A DNA stretch of 64,000 nt from NCBI GenBank assembly GCA_021850705.1, contig JAJZKU010000002.1:2825-66824 (forward strand), given 5' to 3'. Within the stretch, counting starts at the first letter, position 1; every line of letters starts with the position of its first letter. The position numbers and the translations under genes were made by a program. The DNA is from Candidatus Micrarchaeota archaeon (lineage in GTDB: Archaea; Micrarchaeota; Micrarchaeia; Micrarchaeales; CABMGC01). Below are positions 55,447 to 64,000 of this stretch, piece after piece. The notes beneath the pieces were generated by a model. That model made no database searches. It saw nothing but the letters and a program-made list of their open reading frames with translations, and was not told where the DNA came from.

Positions 55447-55519
55447 AGCCCCGTAGTCTAGTGGTCAAGGATAGCGGACTCTGAATCCGTTGACGCCAGT
55501 TCGAATCTGGCCGGGGCTA
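55447..55519 (+). tRNA. tRNA-Gln (anticodon CUG), 73 nt, no encoded CCA, no intron
   Basis: Manual fold. Acceptor AGCCCCG/CGGGGCT, D-stem GTCT/GGAT, anticodon stem GCGGA/TCCGT with loop CTCTGAA, 4-nt variable loop, T-arm GCCAG-TTCGAAT-CTGGC, discriminator A. Confidence 0.9.
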
Positions 55520-55553
55520 TCTGTTTTATTATATCAACAAGGACCTTTTCTTG

Positions 55554-56183
55554 TCAATCTGTCCTGTGAGGAAGGCTCTTTACCTTCATCTTGTTTACAA
55601 GTTTTGTTATATCTGCATCTTTGTCAAGGTCATTAGTGCTAATGTTTGTCCTTATGCGTTCGCAGGTCTCGCTGAATATCTCACTTACTGCAACCCCTGA
55701 ATCTGCAGATTCAAGCTCCTTGATAACAGATTCGGCAAACTTGCCAAAATCATCAGATGCCTTTGTCAGATACACTTTTACTGCATCTATAACCTTCTTT
55801 GCGTTTTCCAGCCCTTGTTCCCCTTCGAGCATACCATACGAATCTAACCTGTCTCCCAGCTCCGCAACAGGTGTTATACAAGAATTACATAATATATCCT
55901 CGTAAACTCCAAATGCATGAATTATCGACTCTTTAGTATCTGGAATTTTCATATTATCACGCATGAATCCTGATTTGCGCATGCGCCCTTCGTATATTGA
56001 ATCCTGTTCCACAAAATATTCCGAATACTCTTCAGCTCTCTTAAGGAAAGCTGTTTTTAACATGTTGAAGCTAGGTTGCAAAGAGGAGTGCATTTGCTTT
56101 GGAAGCTCAACGACTGCGTCTGCAAACACGTTATTGCCTTCAGACATACGCACGTTCAAGCCTTCCGTTATTCTTGTTAGCAT
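55554..56183 (-). CDS. hypothetical helical protein
   Basis: The track ORF extends to 56306 and would overlap the divergent gene start. The TATA box at 56219-56226 favours the MLTRITEG... start at 56183. Confidence 0.5.
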   Translation of the reverse strand: MLTRITEGLNVRMSEGNNVFADAVVELPKQMHSSLQPSFNMLKTAFLKRAEEYSEYFVEQDSIYEGRMRKSGFMRDNMKIPDTKESIIHAFGVYEDILCNSCITPVAELGDRLDSYGMLEGEQGLENAKKVIDAVKVYLTKASDDFGKFAESVIKELESADSGVAVSEIFSETCERIRTNISTNDLDKDADITKLVNKMKVKSLPHRTD

Positions 56184-56218
56184 CGGATCACCTGTAATTC
56201 TTTGGTTAAACCCATTCA

Positions 56219-56226
56219 TATAAATA
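56219..56226 (-). promoter_or_regulatory. TATA box for 55554..56183
   Basis: The minus strand reads TATTTATA. It is centred about 39 nt upstream of the ATG at 56183. Confidence 0.35.
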
Positions 56227-56272
56227 TGTTTAGAATAACGCCCAGTGTAAGACCGGCAACGTATTCCTGCAG

Positions 56273-56280
56273 ATATAAAT
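56273..56280 (+). promoter_or_regulatory. TATA box ATATAAAT for 56305..56760
   Basis: Centred about 28 nt upstream of the ATG, implying a leaderless mRNA. Confidence 0.4.
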
Positions 56281-56304
56281 ATCACGGTCTGCTTATCTGT
56301 AATC

Positions 56305-56760
56305 ATGTCTTCAAAAGAAAGCCTGACATTGTGGCATGGAAGCCCAAGGAAGCTGATTGGAGAGTTCCTATTGCCTCACAAGGCAACAGATGTATCAGGA
56401 AGACCTGAAAACTGCCACGACGGCGTATACGCACTGGAAAAGCGCGAATTTGCAATAGTCATGGGTATACTTAATAGTAAAGGAATAGAGGTAGGCAGCA
56501 CCCTGGATTTTAGCAAGGATGTCCCTGAAGGCATTGTGATAGGCGGATGGCCGAAACAAGAAACTGTATACCTTTACAGACTTTCTGCTAAAACCTTCCA
56601 AAAGATAGACAGTAATCAGTGGGTTTCCCACTCAAGAGTAAAACCATGTGAGATCATTGAGATAAAGGTGAAGAATTTCATACATCTGGTAAGGCCTGCA
56701 ACAGATGAAGAAAGGGCTAACTTCCTTAATAATTCAAAACCGAAGCGTGTGCCAAGATAA
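56305..56760 (+). CDS. hypothetical protein with ADP-ribosyltransferase-fold-like (PARP/Arr/Tpt1/DUF3990-like) N-terminal motif
   Basis: LTLWHGSPRKLIGEFLLP ... DGVYALEKREFAIVMG resembles the H(G)[ST] ... [VI]Y.. layout of H-Y-[ED] ART-fold enzymes. Confidence 0.35.
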   Translation: MSSKESLTLWHGSPRKLIGEFLLPHKATDVSGRPENCHDGVYALEKREFAIVMGILNSKGIEVGSTLDFSKDVPEGIVIGGWPKQETVYLYRLSAKTFQKIDSNQWVSHSRVKPCEIIEIKVKNFIHLVRPATDEERANFLNNSKPKRVPR

Positions 56761-56793
56761 CTCTTTGTTTTGTTGAGGAAGAAATTAGAAAGA

Positions 56794-56801
56794 TTTAAAT
56801 A
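56794..56801 (+). promoter_or_regulatory. TATA box TTTAAATA upstream of tuf (long leader)
   Basis: About 115 nt upstream of the ATG at 56915. An AGGTG Shine-Dalgarno-like element sits just upstream of the start codon. Confidence 0.35.
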
Positions 56802-56914
56802 TCTTGGTAATTATACTATACTTGGTTTCTTCAGTTCCTTTTAATGGAACCTCTACTATGAGGTTTCTGGGAATGTAGGAATTATAGACTGATAGATATT
56901 ATACTTAGGTGAAT

Positions 56915-58186
56915 ATGATGGCAGAAAAACCACACATGAACTTGATTTTCATAGGTCATATAGACCACGGAAAGTCAACATCTGTAGGAAGACTTTTGTT
57001 TGATACAAAGGCAGTAACAGAGCAGGATATGAAGAAGCTCAAGGAAGAGGTAGCGAAGTACAACAGACCTACCTTCGAGTTCGCTTTCGTCATGGACCAG
57101 CTCAAGGAGGAGAGAGAAAGAGGAATAACAATAGACATTATGCACAGGGAGTTCCAGACTCCGAAGTACTACTTTACAGTAATAGACGCCCCCGGTCACA
57201 AGGACTTCGTAAAGAATATGATTACGGGAGCAAGCCAGGCAGACGCCGCAGTTCTCGTAGTCTCATGCCCTGACGGAGTTCAGGCACAGACAAGGGAGCA
57301 CGCATACCTTGCAAAGGTCCTCGGAATAAATCAGCTCATAGTCGGTCTTAACAAGATGGACGCTGCAGGATATGATAAGGCAAAGTACGAAGAGGCAAAG
57401 GCAAAGGTCTCAGAATTGCTCAAGACAGTAGGATATGATATAAACAAGATACCTTTTGTACCTTATTCGGCACAGGCAGGAGATAACGTAAGCTCAAAGT
57501 CAGACAAGCTCTCGTGGTACTCAGGCCCTACATTACTAGAAGCCCTTGACGCACTTCAGGTTCCAAACAAGCCTGTAGACAAAGCGCTAAGGCTCCCTAT
57601 ACAGGACGTATACAGCATATCAGGTTTCGGAACCGTACCTGTAGGAAGAGTAGAAACAGGCGTAATGAAGCCAGGAGACCAGATAATAATAATGCCGGCT
57701 GGAGTAAAGACAGATGTGAAGAGCATTGAGATGCACCAGCAGGCAATGCAGAAGGCAGAGCCTGGAGACAATATAGGATTCAACATAAAGGGCGTTGACA
57801 AGAAGGATATAAGGAGAGGGGATGTGGTAGGCCCGGCATCAAATCCTCCAACAGTGGTACAGGAGTTCACTGCCCAGATAGTGGTGATAAACCATCCTAC
57901 TGCAATAGCAGCAGGATATACCCCGGTGTTCCACATACACACCGCCCAGATAGCATGCACCTTCGTCGAACTGGTAGAGAAGAAGGATCCTAAGACAGGT
58001 CAGACAATGCAGAAGAACCCTGAGTTCCTCAAGAACGGTGATGTCGCCATAATAAAGGTCAAGCCTTCAAAGCCAATCTGCGCTGAGAAGTTCAGTGAAT
58101 TCCCTCAGCTCGGCAGGTTTGCAATAAGGGATATGGGACAGACAGTAGCAGCGGGAGTAATACTCGAAGTAGTGAAGAAGCAGTGA
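56915..58186 (+). CDS. tuf: translation elongation factor aEF-1 alpha
   Basis: [24 protein letters not shown] and NKMD motifs. The track start is GTG at 56909. The ATG at 56915 is preceded by AGGTG. Confidence 0.95.
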   Translation: MMAEKPHMNLIFIGHIDHGKSTSVGRLLFDTKAVTEQDMKKLKEEVAKYNRPTFEFAFVMDQLKEERERGITIDIMHREFQTPKYYFTVIDAPGHKDFVKNMITGASQADAAVLVVSCPDGVQAQTREHAYLAKVLGINQLIVGLNKMDAAGYDKAKYEEAKAKVSELLKTVGYDINKIPFVPYSAQAGDNVSSKSDKLSWYSGPTLLEALDALQVPNKPVDKALRLPIQDVYSISGFGTVPVGRVETGVMKPGDQIIIMPAGVKTDVKSIEMHQQAMQKAEPGDNIGFNIKGVDKKDIRRGDVVGPASNPPTVVQEFTAQIVVINHPTAIAAGYTPVFHIHTAQIACTFVELVEKKDPKTGQTMQKNPEFLKNGDVAIIKVKPSKPICAEKFSEFPQLGRFAIRDMGQTVAAGVILEVVKKQ

Positions 58187-58187
58187 T

Positions 58188-58499
58188 TTGTTGCCAGTCG
58201 CAAGGATAAAAATAATAAGCAGGAACAAGAAGGATGCCGGAGTCATAGCCAAGCAGATAGTAGATATAGCGAAGGGTCTCGGAGTGAAATTCAAGGGCCC
58301 TGTGCCGCTTCCTACAAAAAGGCTTAAGATAGCTACAAGAAAGACTCCTTGCGGAGATGGCTCCCATACGTATGAGCACTGGGAGATGCGAATACACAAC
58401 AGACTGGTCGAGATAGATGGCAATGAACAGGCTCTGAGGCAGGTGATGAGGATACCTGTTCCGGATACTGTCCAGGTGCTGCTCAATCTCTCTGCCTGA
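58188..58499 (+). CDS. rps10: 30S ribosomal protein uS10
   Basis: ARIKIISRNKKD...PVPLPTKRLKIATRKTPCGDGSHTYEHWEMRIHNRLVEI. Conserved tuf-rps10 pairing. Confidence 0.93.
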   Translation: MLPVARIKIISRNKKDAGVIAKQIVDIAKGLGVKFKGPVPLPTKRLKIATRKTPCGDGSHTYEHWEMRIHNRLVEIDGNEQALRQVMRIPVPDTVQVLLNLSA

Positions 58500-58518
58500 T
58501 TTTGTCTTTTGATACGCT

Positions 58519-58547
58519 GCCCTGGCATTCTGTCAGGGCTTCTTTTA
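58519..58547 (+). terminator. hairpin GCCCTG...CAGGGC followed by a T-rich tract after rps10
   Basis: The stem is at 58519-58524 / 58534-58539, followed by TTCTTTTA. An oligo-T tract (TTTTGTCTTTT) also directly follows the stop codon. Confidence 0.4.
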
Positions 58548-58622
58548 TAAAACTACCTACTGTTAAGTATGCCTGCTGCCAGATGATTAATAAATCACGG
58601 GATATAAAATATATCCGATACC

Positions 58623-59099
58623 ATGATGGTGCTGAACAGAGGAGAGACAAACGCTTCGCATAAAGTTCTGATATCTGAGCAAAAAGTAGTATCTGCAGAT
58701 GCGCATAAAATAATTCCTGACGGCTACAGAATTATTACCTTAAAAGAGGTCCTGCTCCATTACACTACGGATTCAGATTTTAGGGCATATCTGAGCGAGA
58801 ACAATAAAGTATGGATAGGGAAGATGGGCGTAGAAAGCAACGGATTTCACGAGATATGTGAGGACTTATCCTTCTCAAAGATAGGGCGTGAGGCATACAT
58901 TGCATTGCCTATGCAATTCAGGTCATATCATACTGCTGGACCGGAGCGAATAGGGGCAGCAGTACATGACAACGGCTACGGATACAATTCTCTAAACATA
59001 GATGGCTTTCTAGGAAGTACCTCTTACAAGGCCAAAGTAATGTATGTCCCTGCCAAGGAAGAGCTTAAAGAGCATATTGTCAATGTTCAAAGAGGCTGA
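58623..59099 (+). CDS. orphan 'LPxxR' family protein, member 3
   Basis: VLISEQKVVSADAHKIIPDGYRIITLKEVLLHY and YIALPMQFRSY align with 59161, 22057 and 21380. Confidence 0.6.
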   Translation: MMVLNRGETNASHKVLISEQKVVSADAHKIIPDGYRIITLKEVLLHYTTDSDFRAYLSENNKVWIGKMGVESNGFHEICEDLSFSKIGREAYIALPMQFRSYHTAGPERIGAAVHDNGYGYNSLNIDGFLGSTSYKAKVMYVPAKEELKEHIVNVQRG

Positions 59100-59160
59100 C
59101 AGAGTTTGCAGATTAGTATTATAAATCAGATCGGGTCTAAATTTTTTAGGCGTTGAGACA

Positions 59161-59682
59161 ATGGAGATAACGAAGAGCCACTTCCTTACTGATACTAATC
59201 AGGTATTCATATCGACAAGAAAGGTGATGGCACAGGCTGCACAGATAGCAGTTCCAGAAGGCTACAGGCAGGCTACGCTGAAAGAGGTCGCATTTAGATA
59301 CAAACATGACGAGGAATTCAGAGCTACGCTCTCAAAGTGCTGTGCATGGGTCGATAAAAGAGGTCTGGATACAGATGACTATCACCAGGTGCATAATGAC
59401 GGAACTATGACAAAGGTGGATGCAGATACATACTTAACATTGCCAGCTGGCAGCAGGGCCTTCCTCAGGCAAGGCGGAATGTATGTAACTGCTACGTGCA
59501 ACACTGACGCTGATGAAGGAAGACTGCTTGTCGATGCCATACGAGACGGTGCCGAACTTGCGAATGTGGCTTATGTTAGGAATCCGTTCCATCATAAATT
59601 TAACAGAATCTACCACGATGCAAGTAAATTCAAGAGATATATGCGTGGAATTGATCCTGCTGCAAGGTCATCTGATATCTGA
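59161..59682 (+). CDS. orphan 'LPxxR' family protein, member 4
   Basis: VFISTRKVMAQAAQIAVPEGYRQATLKEVAFRY and YLTLPAGSRAFLRQGG. Confidence 0.6.
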   Translation: MEITKSHFLTDTNQVFISTRKVMAQAAQIAVPEGYRQATLKEVAFRYKHDEEFRATLSKCCAWVDKRGLDTDDYHQVHNDGTMTKVDADTYLTLPAGSRAFLRQGGMYVTATCNTDADEGRLLVDAIRDGAELANVAYVRNPFHHKFNRIYHDASKFKRYMRGIDPAARSSDI

Positions 59683-60624
59683 GAGCGAAGACGCTATTAT
59701 TGGCAGTATCAGCGTCGCGTCCCCATCTATATTCACATGCCTTGCCTTCTCCTTTATCTTTCCCCAGGAGATAGCCTCCCTTGTCCTCGCTCCTGAAAGG
59801 CTTCCATCGTACTCCTGTGCGGTTGTTATGTATACCGTATAATCGAATCCTCCACGGAATTGTGCCCACCATATGGCATGGTGCTTCGATATGCCTCCAC
59901 CTATGCAGAGAGCTCCTGCCTTCTTCGCATCCCATATTGTATCGCTCATCAACTGCTCATCCCCAAGCAGGTTTATCCTGAACTTCTTGTGCTCCTGATA
60001 GAACTGCCATAGCTGATATCCTACAGAACCATCGGTTATGCCAGGTATTATCAGAGGTATGTTATTCTTGTACGTCCAGTAAAGCAGGGAATTATCCTTG
60101 TTAACGAACTTGCCCAGCTTCCAGTTGAATTCGTGAGTCGTTATGTCTGTTATTCCATCGGCATTAAGTTCGTTCAGGAATTTTGCCATCTTTTCCTCTA
60201 TCATAAGGCCATATGATTCAACAGGAACAAGTACATTTCCCAATCTGTGTATGTCCAGCTTATGCAGCATCGTATCGTCCATCTCAAATGCTCCGTGATA
60301 ATAGTTGCCGAAAGCCCTTGCTATATCGTGGTCAAGAGTGCCGCACGTGCTTATCATCAGGTCAAACCACTTCCTCTTTGCAGCCTCTACTATTATGCCA
60401 CGCAGGCCCGTAGCCATTATATCTGCAGGGAATGACAGTATGTTTGTTGAACTCTCATCCGATATCATGTCACGCAGTATCTTTGCGCCTTCACTGACCT
60501 TCTTCGCAGAGAAACCTCCCATGTCCCAGAGCTTGTCAACAAACTTCTTGGAATCCGCGTCTATGCTAAAATCAGTCACCTTCTCAACCAGAAGGGCTTT
60601 TCTCGCTTCGTTTTTGCTTGCCAT
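59668..60624 (-). CDS. dys: deoxyhypusine synthase
   Basis: MISTCGTLDHDIARA, IPGITDGSVGYQ and GGGISKHH motifs. Confidence 0.9.
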   Translation of the reverse strand: MASKNEARKALLVEKVTDFSIDADSKKFVDKLWDMGGFSAKKVSEGAKILRDMISDESSTNILSFPADIMATGLRGIIVEAAKRKWFDLMISTCGTLDHDIARAFGNYYHGAFEMDDTMLHKLDIHRLGNVLVPVESYGLMIEEKMAKFLNELNADGITDITTHEFNWKLGKFVNKDNSLLYWTYKNNIPLIIPGITDGSVGYQLWQFYQEHKKFRINLLGDEQLMSDTIWDAKKAGALCIGGGISKHHAIWWAQFRGGFDYTVYITTAQEYDGSLSGARTREAISWGKIKEKARHVNIDGDATLILPIIASSLSDIR

Positions 60625-60665
60625 AATAACACTTGTAAAATATAATATTAATATTCTGTTGTCTT

Positions 60666-61307
60666 TTATCTCTTAGAAACGTAATCAAAATAACTAAGCG
60701 CCTTGTCAGTTATGACCTGTCTTTCGGCCTTCAGGTTCTTGTATAACATGTCTCCAGATATAGAAGAGAATTTGATTATAGAATCTCCTTCTATTACTAC
60801 AGAACCAAATATATGCGCCCTATCTATCAATGCATTGCCCCTTATTGTAGCAGAATCCCCGACATCAGAGTGTGATAAGATAACTTTGCTTGATGGAAAT
60901 CCATGTCCGCCGTAGATCTTTGCTCCATCCCGTATCTCCGAAACATATATCTCCACACATCCTTCTATCTCCGCTGCTCCGCGTATCCTTGAACATGTGA
61001 CCTTTACATTTCCAGATACCAGCGCGTTGTCTTCTACAGTAGACCATTTATCCAGGTATGTGCTATCGTCAACATGCGCCGTTTTTTCTACAAAACCTCC
61101 TACAGCATCTGCATATTTGTTTATATGCCGCTCAAAGTGCCGCAGTGTTTCGTTTTCTGAGACAGTTACAAACATTGTTGATGTGTCTATTCTCGAAATC
61201 TCTGATACGCTCTTTACTTGCCTTGAAGAGCTGCTGTTTCTAAGCACCTCCCTGAAAGAATCATTGCTATTATATTCATTCGGTATCTCTATCTTGGTTA
61301 CTGCCAT
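60666..61307 (-). CDS. beta-helix (hexapeptide/bactofilin-like) repeat protein, paralog 1
   Basis: VSGNVKVTCSRIRGAAEIEGCVEIYVSEIRDGAKIYGG...ATIRGNALIDRAHIFGSVVIEGDSII. Shares the N-domain RHFERHIN...GGFVEKTA with 61396..61914. Confidence 0.55.
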   Translation of the reverse strand: MAVTKIEIPNEYNSNDSFREVLRNSSSSRQVKSVSEISRIDTSTMFVTVSENETLRHFERHINKYADAVGGFVEKTAHVDDSTYLDKWSTVEDNALVSGNVKVTCSRIRGAAEIEGCVEIYVSEIRDGAKIYGGHGFPSSKVILSHSDVGDSATIRGNALIDRAHIFGSVVIEGDSIIKFSSISGDMLYKNLKAERQVITDKALSYFDYVSKR

Positions 61308-61395
61308 TCTAACACCGTAATATTACAGAATATGACCTGCCTGTCTGAACCCCAGATATGATAATGGACAAGAAAGTTTTTAATAATAGGTCTTC

Positions 61396-61914
61396 TTACT
61401 TTCTGTCGCTTTTTATCTCTCCATTCATGCTCATGTTATGATAAGCATAATCTCCTGAAACTACCGAGTTTTTAATAAGAATGTGCTTTTTCTGGGAAGC
61501 ACTTACTGTAACCTGATCAAAAATCTCAGAATTGTTGATTGTTATCATGCTGCCTTCCCTAGCCACCACTACGGCATCCCCATATACTCTTGCGCCATTC
61601 AGCAATCTAACATCTCCTGTTACTGTAGCTTCTCCTTCAACCGTAGCTTTTTTATCTATGAATACCTCAAATCCGGCAGATGCGGTACTCTCTACAAATC
61701 CTCCTGTAGCGCCATTTGGATTCGTATGTCTGAAGAAGTGCCTCTCATGGCCATCTTTGCCTGTCACTATAACCATCTGGATCAATTCAGGTACATCTTT
61801 CAGTTCAGAGACACTCTCCTTCCTTACGGCAGGTATCTTCCTTTCCTTTCTTCCGTGACCACCGTGTGCATCCTTAAGTTCCCTCTCTTTTATCGCCATG
61901 GTATCCCCTTCCAA
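61396..61914 (-). CDS. beta-helix (hexapeptide/bactofilin-like) repeat protein, paralog 2
   Basis: RHFFRHTNPNGATGGFVESTA then ATVEGEATVTGDVRLLNGARVYGDAVVVAREGSMITINNSEIFDQVTVS. Confidence 0.55.
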   Translation of the reverse strand: MEGDTMAIKERELKDAHGGHGRKERKIPAVRKESVSELKDVPELIQMVIVTGKDGHERHFFRHTNPNGATGGFVESTASAGFEVFIDKKATVEGEATVTGDVRLLNGARVYGDAVVVAREGSMITINNSEIFDQVTVSASQKKHILIKNSVVSGDYAYHNMSMNGEIKSDRK

Positions 61915-61980
61915 TATATCTGACTGTTATATAATATAAAAATTAGCAGGTAATCGTAATTACCTTCCGTAAATGCCGGC

Positions 61981-63168
61981 TCATTTCTTTTTTGATGGAG
62001 CAGTAGTTACGATAACATAATTGCCCGTTCCTTCCGCACGCACGTTATAAGCTCCTCCGCTTACAGCCCATTCTTTTGTGCCGCTCATTATCAAAGGTTC
62101 TACTTTTTTATTGTTTATTTCGTATAAACTTAATACACCTTCAAGATTTTTTGACTTAACAACTTCATTATTGCCATAACCTGATATTGTAAGTCCCGTA
62201 CTATCCTCATTATTGAATATCATATATGCCTTCTCCAGACCTTTTACGTGATAGGTAACTCTATCGAACACATGCATTTTCTCTCTGTATAACATACCCT
62301 TTTCTGCAGGAAACTGGCCGAATTTTATAACTAAATTATCCCCTTCTTTCTTTGCAGTGATGTCCAGACCTATGCCTGCTGGAAATTCGATCTCCTGGGC
62401 ATATTTGTTGTATACATAATAAACATTCCATCTCTTCTGCCCGTAATAGCCCTGATAACCTTTGCCCCGCATCAAGTGCGTTGGATTGTTCACAGGAGGT
62501 AATTTAGTGAAAGCATCTTCAACACCACGTTCCACTGCATTAAGGATCGAGGTTGATGGTAATTTGTATATCTCAGATGTATTCAGATAGACGATACTAT
62601 GGCTATAGCTTCCCCTAACTTCAAGTATATTCTGTACAAAAAGTGTCTGATCGCCGTTACTACTTACTACCTTTATGTATGTACTTAACGGTATTGAAAA
62701 CTGATGCATTAAAGGAACATAATTGCTTGCCTGTTTACCATTCTTATAGTAATAAGATGTACCGTCAGCACTGTTCAGATAGATAGTACCAAAGACGTCA
62801 TTTGTCCTTTTCCCTGAAGCAGTAATTATTCCTGTAGCCTGATATGGCCTTGTCATTTCCTCTGATATGGCCTTCGGTATTTCCATAGTACGTTTCACTG
62901 ATTTGTAAGTAGATATGCCTATGTCTTTTGAGGCCACCCCGAATCCCACTAACATTGCCCCTACGACGGCACCTTCAATTGCCCGCCCTATAATCTTTGC
63001 TGTCATCGAATGCTCAACAATATGTGACTTCTTATGCTCTTCTTGTTTGGGCTTCTGCTCCTCGCTTTCTTCTGCCACGCGTACGTTTATGTTGCGTACC
63101 AAACGGTCCAACTCATCCGTTTCTATTCTTTTAACATTACTAATATCATTTCTTGGTTTGTATCTCAT
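61981..63168 (-). CDS. membrane-anchored hypothetical protein (395 aa)
   Basis: Charged N-terminus then AKIIGRAIEGAVVGAMLVGFGVAS, similar to the anchors of 23321 and 23962. The large extracytoplasmic domain is unrecognised. Confidence 0.55.
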   Translation of the reverse strand: MRYKPRNDISNVKRIETDELDRLVRNINVRVAEESEEQKPKQEEHKKSHIVEHSMTAKIIGRAIEGAVVGAMLVGFGVASKDIGISTYKSVKRTMEIPKAISEEMTRPYQATGIITASGKRTNDVFGTIYLNSADGTSYYYKNGKQASNYVPLMHQFSIPLSTYIKVVSSNGDQTLFVQNILEVRGSYSHSIVYLNTSEIYKLPSTSILNAVERGVEDAFTKLPPVNNPTHLMRGKGYQGYYGQKRWNVYYVYNKYAQEIEFPAGIGLDITAKKEGDNLVIKFGQFPAEKGMLYREKMHVFDRVTYHVKGLEKAYMIFNNEDSTGLTISGYGNNEVVKSKNLEGVLSLYEINNKKVEPLIMSGTKEWAVSGGAYNVRAEGTGNYVIVTTAPSKKK

Positions 63169-63353
63169 TATAGTCGCCAGGATTTATTCTTCCTTACAGT
63201 ATGCTAGTAAAAAAATTAAAACTGTCAAGTGCTGTTAAGAGAGCCATTCTGCTATATATACCTTTTGCTTCAGAGGATAGGCCTTCTTGCGAAGTATACC
63301 GAAACCTTTAAATATCTTATTATGCCCTTATTGATTGCTTATTTTGAGAAAGA

Positions 63354-63361
63354 TTTAAAAG
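63354..63361 (+). promoter_or_regulatory. TATA box TTTAAAAG upstream of tfb
   Basis: About 45-55 nt upstream of the GTG codons at 63405 and 63414. A second TTTAAATA lies at 63307-63314. Confidence 0.35.
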
Positions 63362-63413
63362 TATATCTCATGTTTCGGGATTGCAATAACATTATGTTTA
63401 ACAGGTGTTAAAA

Positions 63414-64000
63414 GTGGCAAAATCAAGTAAACCTACAAAAAAGAAACAGATAAGTGTAAGCAGACCTACGGTAGCGACTCATCCTAGAACGGTAGAGCTG
63501 AGCGATTCTGTAGAGGTCAGCGTGCCCCCTGCCCAGGAAAAAAGAGATATGGGCAGCACTACAAAGAAGTGTCCTAGCTGCGGATCTATGGAAATAATCT
63601 TTGACAATGAAAGGGGAGAGTATATCTGCAACAGCTGCGGACTGATAATAGAAGAAAATGTTACCGATACAGGACCGGAATGGAGAGCATTCGATGCTGA
63701 TCAGAGGAATGCAAGGGCAAGAACCGGTGCTCCAATAAGATATATGAAGCCGAACAAGGGCCTTGTCACCGAGATAGATATGTATAATAAGGATATAAGA
63801 GGGACAAAGCTTCCTTCAAAGAGACAGGCACAACTTTACAGAATGAGAAAGTGGCACAAGAGGGCAAGCATAGCAAGTTCAAGCGAGAGGAACTATCTTG
63901 TAGCTCTTCCTGAACTAAACAGAGTGGCAAGCTATCTGGGGCTTCCGGAGAACATAAGGGAGCAGGCGGCTTTGCTATACAGGCAGTGCGTCAAGAATAA
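63414..64000 (+). CDS. tfb: transcription initiation factor TFB (partial, runs off the window)
   Basis: Manual translation gives a Zn-ribbon KKCPSCGSMEIIFDNERGEYICNSCGLII, then PEWRAF...ARTGAP (B-reader/linker) and the start of the cyclin fold. The GTG at 63414 is preceded by AGGTG. An alternative ATG start at 63549 (MGSTTKKCPSCGS) is possible. Confidence 0.88.
   Translation, partial: MAKSSKPTKKKQISVSRPTVATHPRTVELSDSVEVSVPPAQEKRDMGSTTKKCPSCGSMEIIFDNERGEYICNSCGLIIEENVTDTGPEWRAFDADQRNARARTGAPIRYMKPNKGLVTEIDMYNKDIRGTKLPSKRQAQLYRMRKWHKRASIASSSERNYLVALPELNRVASYLGLPENIREQAALLYRQCVKN

Noticed and set aside
55447-56908. tRNA-Gln-adjacent integrated element
   Set aside because: There is no integrase or recombinase gene, and no direct repeat of the tRNA 3' end was found at the far side (only a 6-nt CAGTTC match). 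It is kept only as a weak contextual remark in the ART-like finding.

Overview
This is an archaeal chromosomal window. The evidence is eL19/eL32/eS4 ribosomal proteins, RNase P protein Rpp29, Top6A, membrane LonB, aEF-1alpha, deoxyhypusine synthase and TFB. The DNA is moderately AT-rich, and TTTAAATA-type TATA boxes recur close to start codons. The lineage cannot be placed from the sequence alone; the fragmented ribosomal cluster and many orphan genes hint at a small-genome (DPANN-like) or acidophile-type archaeon. Housekeeping content includes a truncated spc-type r-protein operon (Rpp29 to S5), pyrH, nth, top6A, lonB, pheA, leuS, tRNA-Gln(CUG), tuf-rps10, dys and tfb. The main points of interest are listed here. 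(1) A divergent four-gene cluster at 37.8-47.3 kb encodes giant proteins with pilin-type (class III-like) N-termini. They carry repeated LamG modules, a PQQ-like propeller and a PA14-like end, and sit beside a radical-SAM/carbamoyltransferase/GT4 cluster. (2) A bacterial-type MEP isoprenoid gene set (dxr-ispH-ispG) is embedded among archaeal genes. (3) A module occurs twice: a tandem pair of bactofilin/hexapeptide-like beta-helix proteins next to a tandem pair of an orphan 'LPxxR' family. (4) A SWIM-protein-headed operon carries a triplicated orphan gene followed by lipobox-type glycine-zipper and Tyr-rich proteins. (5) A small protein with a PARP/Arr/Tpt1-like 'LWHGS' motif lies next to the tRNA. 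(6) Two conserved genes, pyrH and rps17, have conserved N-termini that lie upstream of any ATG/GTG/TTG. No CRISPR array, transposase or integrase was seen.
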